NCBI GenBank assembly: GCA_036269855.1
Contig: DATBDO010000066.1
Location: 1-37,051, forward strand
Source: Mycobacteriales bacterium
GTDB taxonomy: Bacteria; Actinomycetota; Actinomycetes; JAFAQI01
Length of the DNA: 37,051 nucleotides
Direction: 5' to 3'
How positions within the stretch are numbered: position 1 is the stretch's first letter; each line of letters opens with the position of its first letter. Under the pieces are notes generated by a model that was given only the letters and a program-made list of their open reading frames with translations, searched no databases and was not told the origin of the DNA. Position numbers and translations under genes: made by a program. Below, one piece after another: positions 35,660 to 37,051 of this stretch.

Positions 35660-36733
35660 GTGAGTCTCTTCGATCGCGGAACCGGCCACGAGCAAGTGAC
35701 GTTCTGGAACGATCCGCCGTCCGGCTTGCGGGCGATCATCGCGATCTACTCGACGGCCCTGGGGCCGGCGCTCGGGGGCACGCGCTTCTACCCCTATGCG
35801 AGCGAGGACGACGCTCTCGCCGACGTGCTCAACCTGTCCAAGGCCATGGCCTACAAAGCCGCGTGCGCCGGGTTGGATCTCGGCGGCGGCAAGGCCGTGA
35901 TCATCGGTGACCCGGCCGCCGACAAGACCGAGGTGCTGCTGCGGTCCTACGGCCGGTTCGTCGAGTCGCTCGGCGGCCGCTACTACACCGCGTGCGACGT
36001 CGGCACCTACGTCGAGGACATGGACGTGATCGCGCGGGAGTCGCGCTTCGTCACCGGCCGATCGCCCGCGCACGGTGGTGCCGGGGACTCGTCGATCTTG
36101 ACGGCGTACGGCGTCTTCCAGGGCATGCGGGCCGCGGCGCAGGTGGCCTGGGGCACCCCGTCGCTCACCGGGCGGCGGGTCGGCGTCGCCGGCGTGGGCA
36201 AGGTCGGCCACCACCTGGTTGAGCACCTGCTCGACGACGGCGCCTCGGTGGTGATCGCCGACGTCAACCGGGACGCGGTCGATCGAGTGCGTGTCATCCA
36301 CCCGGACGTCGACGTGGTCGACCCGGACGCGCTCGTCGGCCAGCCGATGGACGTCTACGCACCCTGTGCGCTGGGCGGCGCGCTCGCGGACGAGACGTTG
36401 CCGGTCCTGCAGGCGCAGGTCGTGTGCGGGGGCGCCAACAACCAGCTGGCTCATCCCGGGATCGAGAAGCAGCTGCAGGAGCGCGGCATCGTCTACGCGC
36501 CGGACTACGTGGTCAACTCCGGCGGGCTGATCGCGGTGGCGGACGAGATCGAGGGCTACTCCGAACCGCGGGCACGGGCGACCGCGACGCGGATCTTCGA
36601 CACGACCTTGCGGATCTTCGCGCTGGCGGCCGAGGAGGGCGTCCCGCCCGCGGTGGCGGCGGATCGGCTGGCCGAGCGGCGGATGAGCGAGATCGGCCGG
36701 CTACGCCGGTTCCGGCTGCCGTCCTCGTCGTGA
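35660..36733 (+). CDS. vdh: Valine/leucine dehydrogenase (Glu/Leu/Phe/Val dehydrogenase family)
   Basis: The blocks [24 protein letters not shown], the catalytic Lys region [16 protein letters not shown] and the Rossmann motif GVAGVGKVG are present. I trimmed the start to GTG 35660. The upstream 290 codons of the track ORF are the antisense shadow of 34769..35641. Confidence 0.9.
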   Translation: MSLFDRGTGHEQVTFWNDPPSGLRAIIAIYSTALGPALGGTRFYPYASEDDALADVLNLSKAMAYKAACAGLDLGGGKAVIIGDPAADKTEVLLRSYGRFVESLGGRYYTACDVGTYVEDMDVIARESRFVTGRSPAHGGAGDSSILTAYGVFQGMRAAAQVAWGTPSLTGRRVGVAGVGKVGHHLVEHLLDDGASVVIADVNRDAVDRVRVIHPDVDVVDPDALVGQPMDVYAPCALGGALADETLPVLQAQVVCGGANNQLAHPGIEKQLQERGIVYAPDYVVNSGGLIAVADEIEGYSEPRARATATRIFDTTLRIFALAAEEGVPPAVAADRLAERRMSEIGRLRRFRLPSSS

Positions 36734-36884
36734 TGTGGCGAGCCTGACAGGGAACGCGCAGCAGCGCCTTGCGCACGTTATCCTTGAGGGCGATGCCGGC
36801 TCAGCCGGTGATTGAAGCACTAGCTGTTCCACCAACTCTGTCGTGTGATCGCCGGGCTTCCCGGCGCTTGGAGGGGGTCGAGCC

Positions 36885-37051
36885 ATGGGGCGCGGCCGGG
36901 CAAAGGCCAAGCAGACGAAGGTCGCCCGTGAGCTGAAATACAGCTCGGGCGGCACCGATCTCGAACGCCTGCAGGCAGAGCTTGCCGCCGAGCGCGGCGA
37001 TCCGTCCTATGTTGCCGCCGACGCGGAGGCCGACGGCGACGAAGTCGATGC
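36885..37051 (+). CDS. DUF3073 family protein (5' partial; runs off the window)
   Basis: A GGAGGGGG RBS is followed by ATG. The N-terminus MGRGRAKAKQTKVARELKY is the characteristic DUF3073 N-terminus of Actinobacteria. Confidence 0.8.
   Translation, partial: MGRGRAKAKQTKVARELKYSSGGTDLERLQAELAAERGDPSYVAADAEADGDEVD

Overview
This 37 kb window is GC-rich and looks like an actinobacterial chromosome, judged from codon bias, bldC, DUF3073, TadA-associated proteins and synteny. All calls rest on motif recognition by eye; no searches were run. The ORF track treats GTG and TTG as Met, so I re-derived many starts from RBS position and N-terminal homology.

Conserved housekeeping blocks:
- An MFS transporter.
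- ask-asd with an ATGA overlap and an internal beta-subunit start.
- The SRP RNA-dnaX-ybaB-recR block.
- tRNA-Ser(GGA), a Zn-ribbon CPBP protease and tRNA-Ser(CGA).
- tadA preceded by two tandem TadA-associated paralogs.
- Sulfate assimilation genes: sirA plus a small Zn-ribbon gene, transcribed divergently from cysH-sirB.
- A RipA-like NlpC/P60 hydrolase behind a c-di-AMP (ydaO-type) riboswitch.
- trmO and an alpha/beta hydrolase.

An accessory-looking surface and signalling block lies at about 17.8-32.1 kb:
- An LPFTG-anchored protein.
- An 842-aa RTX-repeat protein with an N-terminal signal peptide.
- A malectin-GH16 glucanase.
- An XRE-MEDS regulator.
- Two inverted paralogous EAL proteins with recombinase-type HTH tails. 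They bracket a tRNA cluster (Lys / Glu-Asp / Phe) that is split by an enoyl-CoA hydratase gene and a lipase-methyltransferase-hydrolase operon.
- A BNR (sialidase-like) protein.

The right end carries echA, an acyl-CoA dehydrogenase, bldC, a conserved hypothetical, valine/leucine dehydrogenase and a partial DUF3073 gene.

No CRISPR array, IS element, integrase or rRNA was seen. The most interesting items are the EAL-HTH pair around the split tRNA cluster, the riboswitch with an apparent anti-SD pairing, and the Sec/Tat-type RTX protein locus.
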